NCBI GenBank assembly: GCA_965645245.1
Contig: OZ287069.1
Location: 310,001-374,000, forward strand
DNA: 64,000 nucleotides
Direction: 5' to 3'
Source: Massalongia carnosa
Lineage: Eukaryota
The notes beneath the pieces are model-generated. The model had not been told where the DNA came from and made no database searches. It worked only from the letters and a program-made list of their open reading frames with translations. Positions 38,179 to 50,893 of this stretch are shown one piece after another (the stretch's first letter is position 1; every line of letters starts with the position of its first letter). Made by a program: the position numbers and the translations under genes.

Positions 38179-41100
38179 TCAAGCCATTACGGCTGTAGCT
38201 CTGGGGCCGCCGCGACCCCTGTTGCGGATGTCGTCTCGTCTTTGGGAGTGCGGACGGGCGAGGGTGTATCTAGGGAAGTTGGAGAGTGGATATGTTAATT
38301 GGGGGTTTGTTATAAGGGAGTTGCAAGAAGAATATATGAGGGAAGGAAAAGGGGGATTGTGCGATGAGCTATCTTTCTTTCTTTTTGGAAGCAAAAATGA
38401 CGAACCGTGAAAAGAAAAGAAAAGGAGGGCGAAACTACATACTTGGCAAACGCCCTCGCGAGGGCCTTCTTGCAGCTCACTTTCTGCGCGCCGACAAAAC
38501 TGTCGACCGTCACGGCGATGGCGCGGTCGACATCCTGCGAGGTGCAGTATTCCGAGAGGCGCATCTTGCAGAATGATTCGCTGATACGCATAATAGCTTC
38601 AAGGTGGCGAACCTATTGGGTGGGCATGTCAGCATGACTCTTTGATGATGGCTAACGCACATATAGGCGTAATTCGGACGAAATGGGATGCAAAACTTAA
38701 AGGATAAAAATCTGTACTCACGGTGATGGGATATGCCCCCGTTGCAAGAGACTCGCGCCTCATGTCTGCAAATAACCGAGCCACTTTGTCTTGATCTATT
38801 TGGTATAATTTCGGGTGGCACTTCTCTCGGGCATACAATATGTATTTTCTCAGTAACTCCTGCGGAATCTCCCCTTCCTGCTTCGGCTCGCCGCCGTTAA
38901 TCTGCTGGCCCCGGAGCTCGTCGTCATGCGCAATGTCCATGGCTGTTTGATTCGAATCGTTCGAGCTCGCAGCTGGATGGGCGCGTCCGTGAGAGTTGAC
39001 TACGAATTTTGCGAGGCGCTCGTCTTCGGCCGGATCGACGGTGTCGCGCACCACACAGAGGATATCGAAGCGTGAGAGGATAGGTTCGGTGAGCTCGACA
39101 TTCTGAGAAAATGGAATCGTGCTGTTGTAGCGCCCACCAATGGGGTTGGCAGCCGCGATGATGGCACAGCGCGCCTGCAGCGTGGCGACGATGCCCGCTT
39201 TGGAGATGGAGATCGTTTGCTGCTCCATGGCCTCGTGGATCGAAGTCCGGTCCTGGTCGTTCATCTTGTCGAATTCATCGATCAGGCATGTGCCACGATC
39301 AGCAAGAACCAGCGCACCACCTTCTAATGTCCATTCACTCGTCAACGGGTCCCGCCGCACGCTGGCTGTGAGACCTACTGCGCTGGCGCCTTGGCCGGTA
39401 GCGAACACTGCGCGATGCGCGGTTTTCTCTACGTACTTGAGGATCTGAGATTTTGCAGTTCCGGGGTCGCCTAGGAGAAGGATATTGATATCTCCGCGGA
39501 TATTGAGCTTGCCTTGGGCGACTTTGCTCACTCCGCCAAATAGGGAGAGCGCCACAGCAGTTTTGATATCCGTATGGCCGTATATGCTTGGTGCAATCGA
39601 CGCGATGATCTTGTCCACAATCTGGGGGTCTCTTGACAGGGCTCGGATCTCTCTCTCGTCTTGCTCGGTCAAGCGAAATCCAGCCAGTTGGTCATGTGAT
39701 TTTACCACATGATTCGCTTCCAATATCGTGGCGAAGACGGGAAAGCCATTACGATTGTTCAGTTGAGCGTCATAGTTGTTTCGGTATATCCCCGTAACCT
39801 CGATCTCTTCGCCCGGTTTCGCAGAATCGATCAGATCCCACAAGAGTATAGCTTCTCGATGACGAGGAAGACGCCCGGCTGGTACGGTCCCAGGAGATTC
39901 TTGAAGAGTTAGCTTCTGATAATTGCGGTAGATGGTTTTCTCCGAGTTTAGGGTAAAAGGGCCTCGGGATTGGCAGTTCTGGCAGTATGAAATCCGGACC
40001 TCGACATTCGACTCTTGTTGAAATGGCCCAAGGATTGTACCGCACTTTGTGCAATTGAATCTTACATATTTCAACTGAGGGAAAACGCCAGTTCGCCTAG
40101 TAACAACACCTGTGACACGCACCAAACAATTTAGGTGTGTTTGACGAAGTTGGCGGAGTGTATAGTGTACTGGCAGATCCGAAATCCGGACATGAATTTC
40201 CGAATGAATACGCTCGTAGTCAGGATAATGTAGTAAGGTGACATCCATAGCCACCTGATCAAAAATTGTCAACACCTCAGCCGGGGCGTTGGCGAGAAAG
40301 TAGGCTAGAATTGCCTTGGAAGCCGATAAATGATCATATGAGACTTCGAGAGACTCTGCATTGACTTCTCCAAGCGTTCTCACCCGAGTTCCGTATACTG
40401 AAGTGCCATTCTCATCCGTATATTCTGTGAGGAAGGACTTAAACTCACGGGAGATGGTTCTGTGAACGGCGGGAAGGGCAACCCAATCCGTCAGACTGGA
40501 GGCTTTCACATCTTGTAGTGTCTCGAGCGAGAGCTCTTCTTCCATGATATCATCTACCATATCTTCATCTTCCTGTTCTTCATCATAATGGTGTCTGCGT
40601 CGCCTCGGCTGCCTGGTTAGATCCATCTGACCATCTTCATCTTCATCTTGCAAAAATGCTGCTGGCATTCGACGCCTTCTCGCAAGTTCTCGATCGCGCT
40701 TGTTCAATCGCGCTTCCAACTGTCTTCGGGTCGCGACGTCTAGGTCCTCGTAGTCACCCTCGTCATCAATATCTGCTCCAGCGTAGTTATCATTCTCCCT
40801 GACACGATAATCACGTTCAAAGTTATCCGCAAAGAGATCAATTCCATCTTCATCCTCGGCCATCTCATCCGCATCATCTATATCACCTATGAGTTCATTA
40901 TCAGGATCCAAGTCATCGTCGTCACCGTCGTCGAGTGGCAAGACCGGAGGAGAAGATGGTGGAGCTGGTCTATGTTAGCGGAAGTACCCTTGTTTAGAGG
41001 GGCCATATAACTCACGACTTGATGGAGGGGCAGCAGACGAGGATGGAATATCATCGTCCAACTCCCTAGACCGTTTGCGCCTCGTCGAACCCACTGCTCC

Positions 41101-41225
41101 CCGATTTGCCGCAGACATATTCGGTCGAAGTGGAGAACTGCTATAGATCAGAATTGCTCTGCTGATGCAAAAGACACAGGTCTAATCTAGATATTGCTTG
41201 ACGAGGAAGTAGGAACATGCCTCAT
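38179..41225 (-). CDS. MCM2: DNA replication licensing factor MCM2
   Basis: Acidic N-terminus, Zn finger, GDPGTAKSQ Walker A, IDEFDKM, SRFD arginine finger; terminal exons ...ARAFAK/YTLARP. Confidence 0.97.
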
Positions 41226-41374
41226 AGGACAATCGTGTCAGGTCAATTGAAAAATGGAACTGTTGAGTTGTGATGCTTGTTCGGTACTCTTTCAGATGAG
41301 AGAATCTTTGCTTTTGAGTTTGCTAGGAAGGAAGAGAATTGGATTTGAGAGTGTCGCAAATAGCTACTTTGAGA

Positions 41375-41422
41375 ATCGCGAGACCGCGTCTAAGCGCCGT
41401 TCAAACGCGAGAAGTTCGCGTT
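41375..41422. promoter_or_regulatory. Cluster of four MCB-like CGCG cores in the MCM2/Mlo2 divergent promoter
   Basis: CGCG at 41377, 41385 (CGCGT), 41406 (ACGCGA) and 41417 (TCGCGT) within a 273-bp intergenic gap. Confidence 0.6.
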
Positions 41423-41498
41423 CAAAAGGAAAACCACTCTATCACGGCGGCCGAGGTCAGATAGTTGTTCAGTCACAGCAGTAAAGACTTGGGATACT

Positions 41499-43632
41499 AT
41501 GGCAGATATCATTAACGCTTCACCTGATATTCGAGCTCAGACCCAGCAGACTCTTAGCCAGAATGGCACAGGGTTGCCTGTTAATAGTATTATTGAAGCG
41601 TCGCAGGATTCGCAGACTGCCTCGGAGTAAGTTGAGGACAACGGCTATTCTCTGGTCCAGCCTATGGCTCACATGTATTTCTTAGATTCATTGATACTCA
41701 GCTGCTGCTAGAAGCCGAAGCACGCGAAGCTCTTCCATACGTGAGTTCCCTTCCCCTATACCACAACTCGCCTTAACTTGTTGCAGGCTTTTGACCATTG
41801 CACAAATCCTCTCGGGCCCCTTCGCCAGACTTTGTTTTCCTGTATAACATGCAATCCTCCCCCTGAGGCCCCTGAGGTGGCTTCGGAACCATATAATCCT
41901 GCTGGTGTATGCTACTCGTGCTCAATTGCATGTCATGGAGAACATACGCTGGTGGAACTTTTCAATCGACGGAACTTCACCTGCGATTGCGGTACCACAC
42001 GGCTACCATCCACTTCGCCATGTACACTACGCATTGACCCTGCGACTGGGATCAAAGGTCCGATTTATTCGCAGACGCAAGCTCCAGGAAATACTTATAA
42101 CCAGAATTTCCGTAATCGATTCTGTGGATGCGAGGAAGTCTATGATGCGCACAAGGAAAAGGGTACTATGTTTCAATGTTTAGGGCTAGCAACGGAAAAA
42201 GACGGCGGCTGCGGCGAGGATTGGTGGCATCCAGAATGTGTGTTAGGCTTGGGTCGGAACTGGTTGGAAACTATGAAGATAGTACCCCAAATCGAAGATG
42301 ATTCAGATCCGGATAATGAGGAACCTGATGAGCCAGCCTTGCCTTTACCACCGGGTTTTCCGCAAGAGGAGGACTTTGAAGCCTTCATTTGTTATAAATG
42401 CGTGAACGCCGCTCCCTGGATCAAAGACTATGCAGGTTCGCCAGGGTTCTTGTTGCCCGTTTTCCATAAGACGCTTGCTCGAAGAGTAAGTTTGCCAGAC
42501 AGAGATAAGGGGACTCTAGAGCAGCAAAACATGGTGATGAGATACGCTCATGACTACTCCACGACAGAGGAGCAGACGTTGGACGATCAGAGCGAGGACA
42601 GGCGAAAGTAAACGGATTCCCCACTCCCTCGCGTTGATTTCTTGCTAATTTGAAGCTTTATAGACTCGCTGAAGTTTTAGCTTCGAGCAGTCCTCAAGGG
42701 CAGTCGGCGGATATCCAACCAGCGAACAGTATCAGCGACAGCCCCGAAAATCTCCTCACTCCTGGCTCCTCTCAAATGCCTAACCAACCCCCTCCACCAT
42801 CTAAAAAACGTAAAGCCGACGATGACACGACATCCACCCGCTCCTCCCCCAAAAGATCTAAAATAGAGTTACCTCCATCTCCCCGCCATAAATCTCTCCC
42901 CCCCGCCCCCAACGGCACTTTCTCCCTCTTCCTCCGTGAAGACTTCCGCGAGCATTTTTGCCATTGCGCGACCTGCTACCCGCGTCTGCGCGCGTACCCG
43001 CAGCTTTTGGAGGAAGAAATTGTGTACGAGCCGCCGCTCTCGGAGAGCGGGGAAGAGGAAGCCCACAGGGAGGGAGGAGGTAGCGTAGGGACTGGGAGCT
43101 TGCTTGATAGGGGGGAGGCAGCGCTCAGCAATGTAGATCGCGTGAAGGCTATCGGTCAGTTTTATGCCTTCTTATCTTACTGCCTTACATTTCTTGCCTT
43201 TATTCTTCTCTTCTACCACGCACCATTTACCCCTAACCTGCCCTCGCCACCACCACCCCACCCTCTTCTCTCCTCTAGCTAACAGTCCTCCGAAAATTGC
43301 AGAAGGCGTCATGGCTTACAACGCCCTCAAGTCAAAGGTCAAAGCTTTCCTGCAGCCCTTCGCAGAAAGCGGCACCCCAGTCGGCGCGGAGGACATCAAG
43401 GCCTACTTCGCGCAATTAAGAGGGGATGACTTGGCTATTAAGGGCTTAGATAGCGGTACTGACGGGGATGGCAAAGACGATGCGGGTGCGGGGACAAAGG
43501 AGGGGGGAAGGAAGGAGCAGGATGGTAAGTTTTGATTGACTGCTCATTTCTTTCTATTCATATAACTCCTATCTACTAGGTTACTCCCAGGGGAAGAAAT
43601 GCTAAGAGAGCTGGTGATGTGCAGGGTATTGA
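41499..43632 (+). CDS. MLO2: UBR-type zinc finger / PHD protein Mlo2 (UBR7 ortholog), multi-exon
   Basis: QLLLEAEAREALPY/AFDHCT..LGPLRQ..FSC.TC...GVCYSCSIACHGEH.LVELF.RRNF.CDCG; YNQNFRNRFC.C; MFQCLG...CGEDWWHPEC; DRVKAIEGVMAYN.LK. Confidence 0.88.
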
Positions 43633-44640
43633 AGTCCCCCCTTCTGGCAGAACACGGAAATGACATAGGGCAATATATAAGCTCCTAGGCAAACAGTATT
43701 TATCCATGTTACAGATGACGGCGTCTGAATATTTATACGGCAGAGTGTTTCACGGATAGTGGCGGCTGGCGTGGGATGGATGCTGGAATATACCTACCTA
43801 TTTATGCTCTCTCTCGCCGAGCTCAGAAGAGGCAAACGGAAATGCTCTGCTCTGCTCCGTGCGGTTAAGATGGAGTCTACCTTTTAAGTGGGTATGTGTA
43901 TTTATATTGATGGGGGTTCCAGTTCTTGGTAATTTAGATGGAAATGGCATCTTCAGGTAAGCTACTTACTCACCGCGATATATAGCCAGCTATTCTTTCA
44001 GCTAGTCACATTAGATGTTAAGCCATGCGAGTACGAGTATCTATGTCATTGCTGTTCATCTAGCTTGATGAATTGGTCTAGATATTTGCGTGTTTACGTG
44101 TCCGTTAAATGAATGTATCTTGTTATCTTGTTTATCTCCATTAAGCATTCCTCCGTCAGGCAGTCAGGCAATACCCATTCTTTCGTTCATTTATTCAATC
44201 GATCGATTAATCCATCAATCAATCAACCAGCCACTCGTTCACTCATCGCCCGGGATTTCCTACAGTTTTTTGACCGCTTTTTTTTTAAAAAAAAAAAAAG
44301 AAAAAGAAACTTACCTGCTTATGGTGTGAGAGGGAGAAAGAGAATGACGAGAAGAAAGCAAGGAAGGGAGATGACCATAGGGAAAAGTTGGGAAACGTCC
44401 CTCAACGTCCTAATCGCCTGAGAGCTTGTTACTTATGCGAGGGAGAGGAGCGTAGGGACTCGGAAATTACGGGTACGGGAATGGAATTGTGGATTCGTAT
44501 ATGTTTTAATATATGGAGCCTCTAGATTTAAGACGAAAGGTTGATGAGGTCAACGCCGCTTCCGGACTTTTATTCCTCTCAGAGAAAGTCACAATCGTGG
44601 CTAGAAGGGAATGTCTTGCGTCGAGGCTTGCGCAGGGACA

Positions 44641-45966
44641 TTAAGGGGGTGAAATTACAGCACACACCAGCGCCCTCCCGACCGGTGGTTTTTCCAGATC
44701 TCCCAAATAGACCGGCAAGCAAAGAGTCACACGCCCCGAGAGCTGCTCATTGCTCGCCTGCGCAGGAAAACCTCTCCGATCGATACGTCCACGCAACTCT
44801 TTCTTTTCTTTTCCGCCAGTCCCGTGCCGCTTTTGCGATTGGCAACCGTTCGGGAGGTGAGCACGCCTGGCGCTTCTCGAGCGGGTTGGCCATCGCATAT
44901 ATGAGAATTGACTAGTCGTAGACGTGATGGTACGCAAAGCCTTCACACACAAAAAGATTCCGAAATATTCTCCGCAGGTATGAATATCTGGGCTTGTCGT
45001 TCAAGCCAAGAGAACGAAGATATTGGAAATAAGAGCTGAATTCGCGCGGAATCCCGTTATCGAGCTGGTTCGGATCAAACGCCCCCTTCTTCTCGAAAGT
45101 TAGCATTTCCTTCTATTTTCGACCTTTAACTTCAAGACCTTGCCACGGCAAAGGGCCATGAAGAAAGTAGAGAAGAAAGTATCCCAAGGATTCCAAATCG
45201 TCAGCACGAGATAACCCTAAGCCAATGTCAGAATCAATTAATGAAGAGATGGGAGCTATCATCACCTCCTCCTGCATGACCATTCAAGCTCGCAAAATGA
45301 GCTGTGCCCAACCAACCGACCTCCTGTCTACGAAGGGCGTAGTATTCATCTGAGATAAAATCAAATTTCATAGCGAGGCCAAAAGTCCGTCACATAAACC
45401 GTATTTCCCGAGCGGCCAGTGCCCATCAAGAGGTTCCCCGGCTGAATGTCACGATGAAGGAGCGATTTCGAATGAATGTGCTCGATACGATGAACGAGCT
45501 GATCGCCGAGCCTCAGCACGGTTAAGACTAAACCGGCGACCAAAAAAATTGAAGAGATCTTCCAGACTGGGTCCCAATAACTCAAACGCCATGGCGCTAT
45601 AATGGCCTTCGGCTCCATCCCAATAAACCTGAGGGATACTGATTCCACCACGAAGCGCACGATAAGCGCTAATCTCGCGCTCAATAAAGGAAGGGTCGGT
45701 TCTGACATCTTCAAGCTTAATCGCAATCGGCTGATCGGTATCATTGTTGACTCCTAATATACAGCATTAGCATGTTGACTCATCAAATAACTCGGCCGAA
45801 TGATTGCACCCATATAAACAACGCCGCAGCCTTCTCCCTTAATTTTTCTTTGGAACCGATATTTGGCTCCTACGCGGAGGTTCTGTTAAGGTTCAACGTT
45901 GCATATGACAATCTCATTTCCAAAGATAGGTAGAAAACAGAACTAACTTACCAAGTTCGCAGCCAT
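44641..45966 (-). pseudogene. Casein kinase I-like paralog, disrupted
   Basis: [78 protein letters not shown]. Frameshifts near 45520 and 45380, stop near 45114, catalytic-loop Lys changed to Gln. Confidence 0.8.
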
Positions 45967-46558
45967 AGAATTACCTGAAAGGAGTAAAGAGCGGTGGTAC
46001 TCCTTAATTTACCAAATATGCCAAAGAAATCAATCGGTCAGATAGTTATTCTTGCCTTTGAAAAGGAAAAGGCTGGATATGGTTAAAGCTTTGTTCAATG
46101 GCATTGGGCGAGCCTTGCAGATAAATGCCTGGGTAAAGAAAAGCAAGGAAGAAAGAACTCTTTCATTTATTTAAGACTATGGATGAAAGCGATATGGAGG
46201 AATACAGCGTATGCACCATGCCTTACATAAAGCCTACTGGCTCGGGTTGAGATCTGTTTTGAGCACGCAAGCGCCATCTCCAAAGCATATTACCCATTCC
46301 GGGACCACAAGACGATGCCACATTTTCCCGGCTGTTTGTCCACTTAGATGCACTAGTTATTTAGCAATCATCTTCCGCACTTTGTTGTGAAAGAGAAGCT
46401 CACAACCGTTAGCCTCAAGATTTTCGAGCACATGGGATAAGAAATCATGCGTCGCAGGTGATAACGCTGTCTTTCCCTTTTTCCTGTCTTTTTTGATGTC
46501 TTTCTCTCTTTCTCCGCCTCCCACTCTTTGTAACTTATTGCGAATTGGATATATCATC

Positions 46559-47766
46559 ATGGAACCAGGCCAAGCAACATCTCCCACAGAACACTCCACA
46601 ACACCTTCCTCCATCACACAAAGGAAGAAGCGGTTGCATGAGAGAGCCCCTTCATTCTGGAATAATCTATCCCGACAGTGGCTCACTGCTGCTGCTTTGC
46701 GGGATTTTGATCAAAGAACGGCACAGCGGATTCCTGTTGAGGCACCACATCCCCCTTTCTTAGGTAATGGCGCTTTGCCGAGATCAATCGCTTTTGCCGC
46801 CACGGGGGTCCTGAGCTCGCCGCTCTTGCCGCGGTATGGCTAAACTCTACTATAAGTGCCGTCTAATAGCATGCAGTATCCAGGACCGTCCCAATCGCAG
46901 TTAGGCTCCTCAACTAGCGCTAACCTCCACCCAAAGTTTGATACCATGGCCTACACATTGGATTTGGAGCAACATCTGCGAGACCAGCATATCTTCATCA
47001 CAAACAACCAGGACAGGGCCGAATCACAGATCAATCTTGCAGAAATTAATGCAAGGCTTGATCATCGTCGACCTTCGATAGCTTCTAGCCACTGCCTTCA
47101 GGACTTCTTTGCGAAATTCCGCAGCGACAGCGAAGAAGCCTCAAATCAGAGAATTGTGATGACTTCATTGGTTCCAACCATCATTGGGAATGGTGTTATC
47201 CACAGTGGACTAAACATTCTTTTTCGAAACCTAGAGCAACTGACCGCTGAATCCCTCCCCAAGGCACAGCCAACTTTCTACGATGGAGCACATCAATCAG
47301 AGATCAACCAGAAAATTCGACAGGCTTTAAACACCTCTATAGTGCTGTCGGCTAACAGTCAGGCACCTTGTGTTCCAAATTTTCTGAAGACGGTCAAAGG
47401 TCCCGGTGGATCCATTCGAGAGGCTCGCATATAGGCCTGGTACAATGGTATCTTAGCTGCTCGTGGGATACACGCGCTTCGATCACATGTTCCTTCAGAG
47501 GCTTTGAGCAATAAAAAGGCATACGTAATTACCGTGAACTACCAGGGCAACTCTAGCGATCTCACGCTGTACGTAACCCACACGGTCCCGTGTGACGACC
47601 CGGCACGCCCATTGTTGTAGTCCTATCAACGGATGGAACTTGACGGGAGAACACCCAGGGTTTTCGGGATGGAGTCTCCGCATTTAGAAACGCGAGAGAT
47701 TTGGCAAAGGAAATACGAGATGACCTGATAGCGCTCGCGAACGGTATGGCGACACATCGTGCGTAG
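46559..47766 (+). pseudogene. Fungal PD-(D/E)XK-fold-like (restriction endonuclease-like) protein, disrupted
   Basis: PSFWNNLSRQWLT..ALRDFDQR N-terminal motif, then PKAQPTFYDGA...APCVPNFLKTVKGPGGS..EARI*AWYNGILAARGIHALRS. This resembles a common fungal family with KPD...FLEAKGP...QACYDG. Frameshift near 46780; TAG stops at 47432 and about 47618. Confidence 0.6.
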
Positions 47767-48000
47767 CCATACCCTGAATTCCCTGCTTACAACCTGCTAG
47801 CTCAGCCGACACCAGGATTGCATGAAGGACCGTGGGTCGTGACGGGAGCATAGGTTAAGCTGCGATAACAATGTGAGAGTCGAGCCATCTGCTATAAGGT
47901 GCAGTTTTTCATTTGGCGTTGTTCCATCACGATGATCTTTACCTGTGAGTTTCTAGCGCATAATGGTGACGGATGGATGAAAATCTTGAACTTGGCTTTA

Positions 48001-50383
48001 ACGTATTTCACTGGGCAACGGGACAAACTGGGCAACGGGCCAAACTGGACGACGGGACTAAATAAATTTCGCTTAATTTCTAAAGCCTACCTCTCACCCT
48101 TTTTACATACAAATTCGGCTTCAATATCTATTAGACATGAAATGGATATTTTGTCTGCATGCAAATTAATCACATTTTACGTGGTTGACGTATAATACGA
48201 CCCCGTCTGGTAGTTTGAACCTTCTTCACCTCCTCCACCACCTCCACCTCCACCTCTACCCTCCCACTCACCTTCACCTCCTCCACCCCTTCTACCCCAC
48301 TCACCTTCACCTCCTCCACCCCCTCTACCTCTTCTGTCATTGGTTGAAGCATGGGAGGAGGTAGTAATCGTCTTTTGAAAGAAGAAATAGGCCTACTTTG
48401 TGAACTATCAGGTGCTTTCTGAGGACTTTTCGTCGGAGATGCAGTAGACGTTTGTCCTAGTAAATCAGGTCCAAATCGACACATTTCCCTGAAAGTTTTG
48501 ATAAGGTCCTGCTCGGCTCGTTTTAGCTGAGCGGCCTTCTTTTTGTCGTCTTTCACCTTTTGTTTATCTTTGGCCCATTGCTGTCTTTGTTGAACGTCTT
48601 CAAGGCTTAGGACTCGAGCCTTTCCTCCATAGTGAGCCCCGCTACGATTGACTCGATGGTGGCGCCGTACATTAGCCTGAAGAAGCTCGTTGTTGGTGAT
48701 ACGTAGCAAGGTAGAGTCTGCGAAGGCATATTTAGCGCCTTTTATCAATTTATTTAGCGCTCGGACGGGGGTCGAGTCTGATTCTTCATCATTCCGAATT
48801 CGACGAATCAGTTAATTTATTTGATCGATATTTGCAGGTGTCTTTTCAATTTCGTGAGAGTTTTGAAGGGTTGTCGGAGTGTTAGGATGGGAAGAGGAGG
48901 TGATATTCGTGGTGGTGGTGATGCTATCAGTCTTTCGCAACACCGATTGTTTATTAGTGAGTTTTTGAAGAACTGATGACGGATTGTATGGTACTAATCC
49001 GGTTGCTCTCCATGCAGTCAGCACGTTTTTTGTGTTGATTGCTTCTTTTCTTGCTTTTTGAATGATCCTCAGAAAATCCACCTTGTCCACTGAACAGACG
49101 TTGAATCGGGTGACGACCTCCAATTGTTTTTTGTACTCCCGTGATAAGGACCCAAAACGTCCAGAGGTTGCAACATATGGGTAGTATGTGGAGGTAGACA
49201 CAAAAGAATGATTTTCTTTTCGTTGAAAAACTTGATGAATTCGGTAGAAATATGGGAAGCATGACCATCTACTATAAGAAGTCGATATTCACCGTGCAGA
49301 TATTTTGCAGTAGCAGGTTCAAAACACTTTTTCAACCAATCAAGACCTAGTTCATTGTCTGTCCATCCGTTTTCGCTGGTAGCTATTTTAGTGTCAATGT
49401 CTTCCAGAACATCGTACCAGGCCTTTTGCTTGTTGACTCCTTTGAAGATGACGAAAAGAGGTAAACTTCGGCCGCTAATACAAATGGACTCGATCAATGA
49501 CACCCATTCTCGATTGCCTGATTGTGCTGGAAAGGCTTGCTTTTCGTGCTAAGAAATTACCACTTTAACACTACCAGCTACCCCCATCATGAACCCCTTT
49601 CGTCCATGTTATAGATGTCTTCATCAAGAATTCCGTGCTTTTCCTTGATGGAGAGGAAGAGGTCAAACCAGTGCTGAAATATCTCTTCATTCTCAGCTAA
49701 TAATCGGTCTTGATCAAGTGTGCGACTGTATTTAGCATGCAAATCGGGATGACGATCTAAAAAATACTGTTGCCAATTGACTCCCAGCACAGTATGATCC
49801 CCCCTTGCTTGCAGTAATTCTACGACCATTTTACGTAATTGGGCGATTTTAGCAGGCTAGCCCCAAGCGTATAGTTGTAAAACCCAGTTCTTCAAAGCGT
49901 CTTCCTCCTCGGGGGTCAGCAGTTGTTTAGTTTGATCAGATGTGAATCGTGGTTGACGGCCCTGAATGCGGGTATGAAGAGTTGACTTTGAAACAGCATA
50001 TCGAGTAGCTGCCTTCGTAATGGAAAGAGCTCCATCGGCCTGTTTCCAGGCCAAAAAAGCTGATTGTAATCGTTGTTGATAGATGGAGGTGGAGGTCTTG
50101 TGGAAGGTGGTTTTTTTACCAACACCCATGATTATAAAGTTTCAAATTGATGAATATATTCCACTATGATATTTGAAGCTGATTTTGTATGTAAAATGTA
50201 TGTAATGAAGGCTTCATCATCTAGAATGGTCAAAAAGTAATGGTTTCGGATTTACTAGTCCCGTTGCCCAGTTTGTCCCGTTGCCCAGTTTGTCCCGTTG
50301 CCCAGTTTGTCCCGTTGCCCAGTTTGTCCCGTTGCCCAGTTTGTCCCGTTGCCCAGTTTGTCCCGTTGCCCAGTGAAATACGT
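48001..50383 (-). mobile_element. Fot1/pogo-type DNA transposon, both ends intact, transposase disrupted
   Basis: TA|ACGTATTTCACTGGGCAACGGGAC...GTCCCGTTGCCCAGTGAAATACGT|TA. Transposase 50129->48170 has psq/CENP-B HTH, YNMDE, LLIVDGHASH and LQPLDV, broken by stops and frameshifts. Confidence 0.93.
50258..50374. repeat. Subterminal tandem array, 7 x 17 bp GTCCCGTTGCCCAGTTT, in the Fot1 TIR
   Basis: Directly visible; three inverted units at the other end (48011-48058). Confidence 0.95.
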
Positions 50384-50893
50384 TATGGGTTTCCTCGTGA
50401 AAGCTGCACGTAGAGAAGCCAACACATACATATGGAGGAATTTCCATATCGCGAGACGGTTCTGGAATAATCATGTAATGATCAATGAAATCTGTGGCGA
50501 TGATACATACCAATACCAGTATAGGGTACTACGCATAGTTACCGTACCGAGTTCGTTTATAAATAACACACGATTTGATTAAGTCATTGGACCGATAAGC
50601 ATCAGTACTGTGTACGAAGGATGACGCTGAAAGTCTTTGCTAGCGTACAGTACATGAGACGTGCATTAGTGTTTATTAGCTTACAAGGGGAATATAGTAC
50701 TAAAATAGTCTAGAAATCTCGAATTGCTTCTGTTCTCGTCGTCAAAAAGACAGTACTACTACATCTGATATTCAGTAGAAGGTTTTAATCATTATCATTA
50801 TCATGCCCAATGCACAGAGCAACAGTCTCACGATTACACAAAGAATACAGGCTTTAGCGCTTGTAGAACACAGAATTGCGGCGAAAATCGTGC

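Noticed and set aside
50258..50374. CRISPR-like repeat array
   Set aside because: Units are head-to-tail with no spacers, lie inside a Fot1 TIR, and the genome is eukaryotic.
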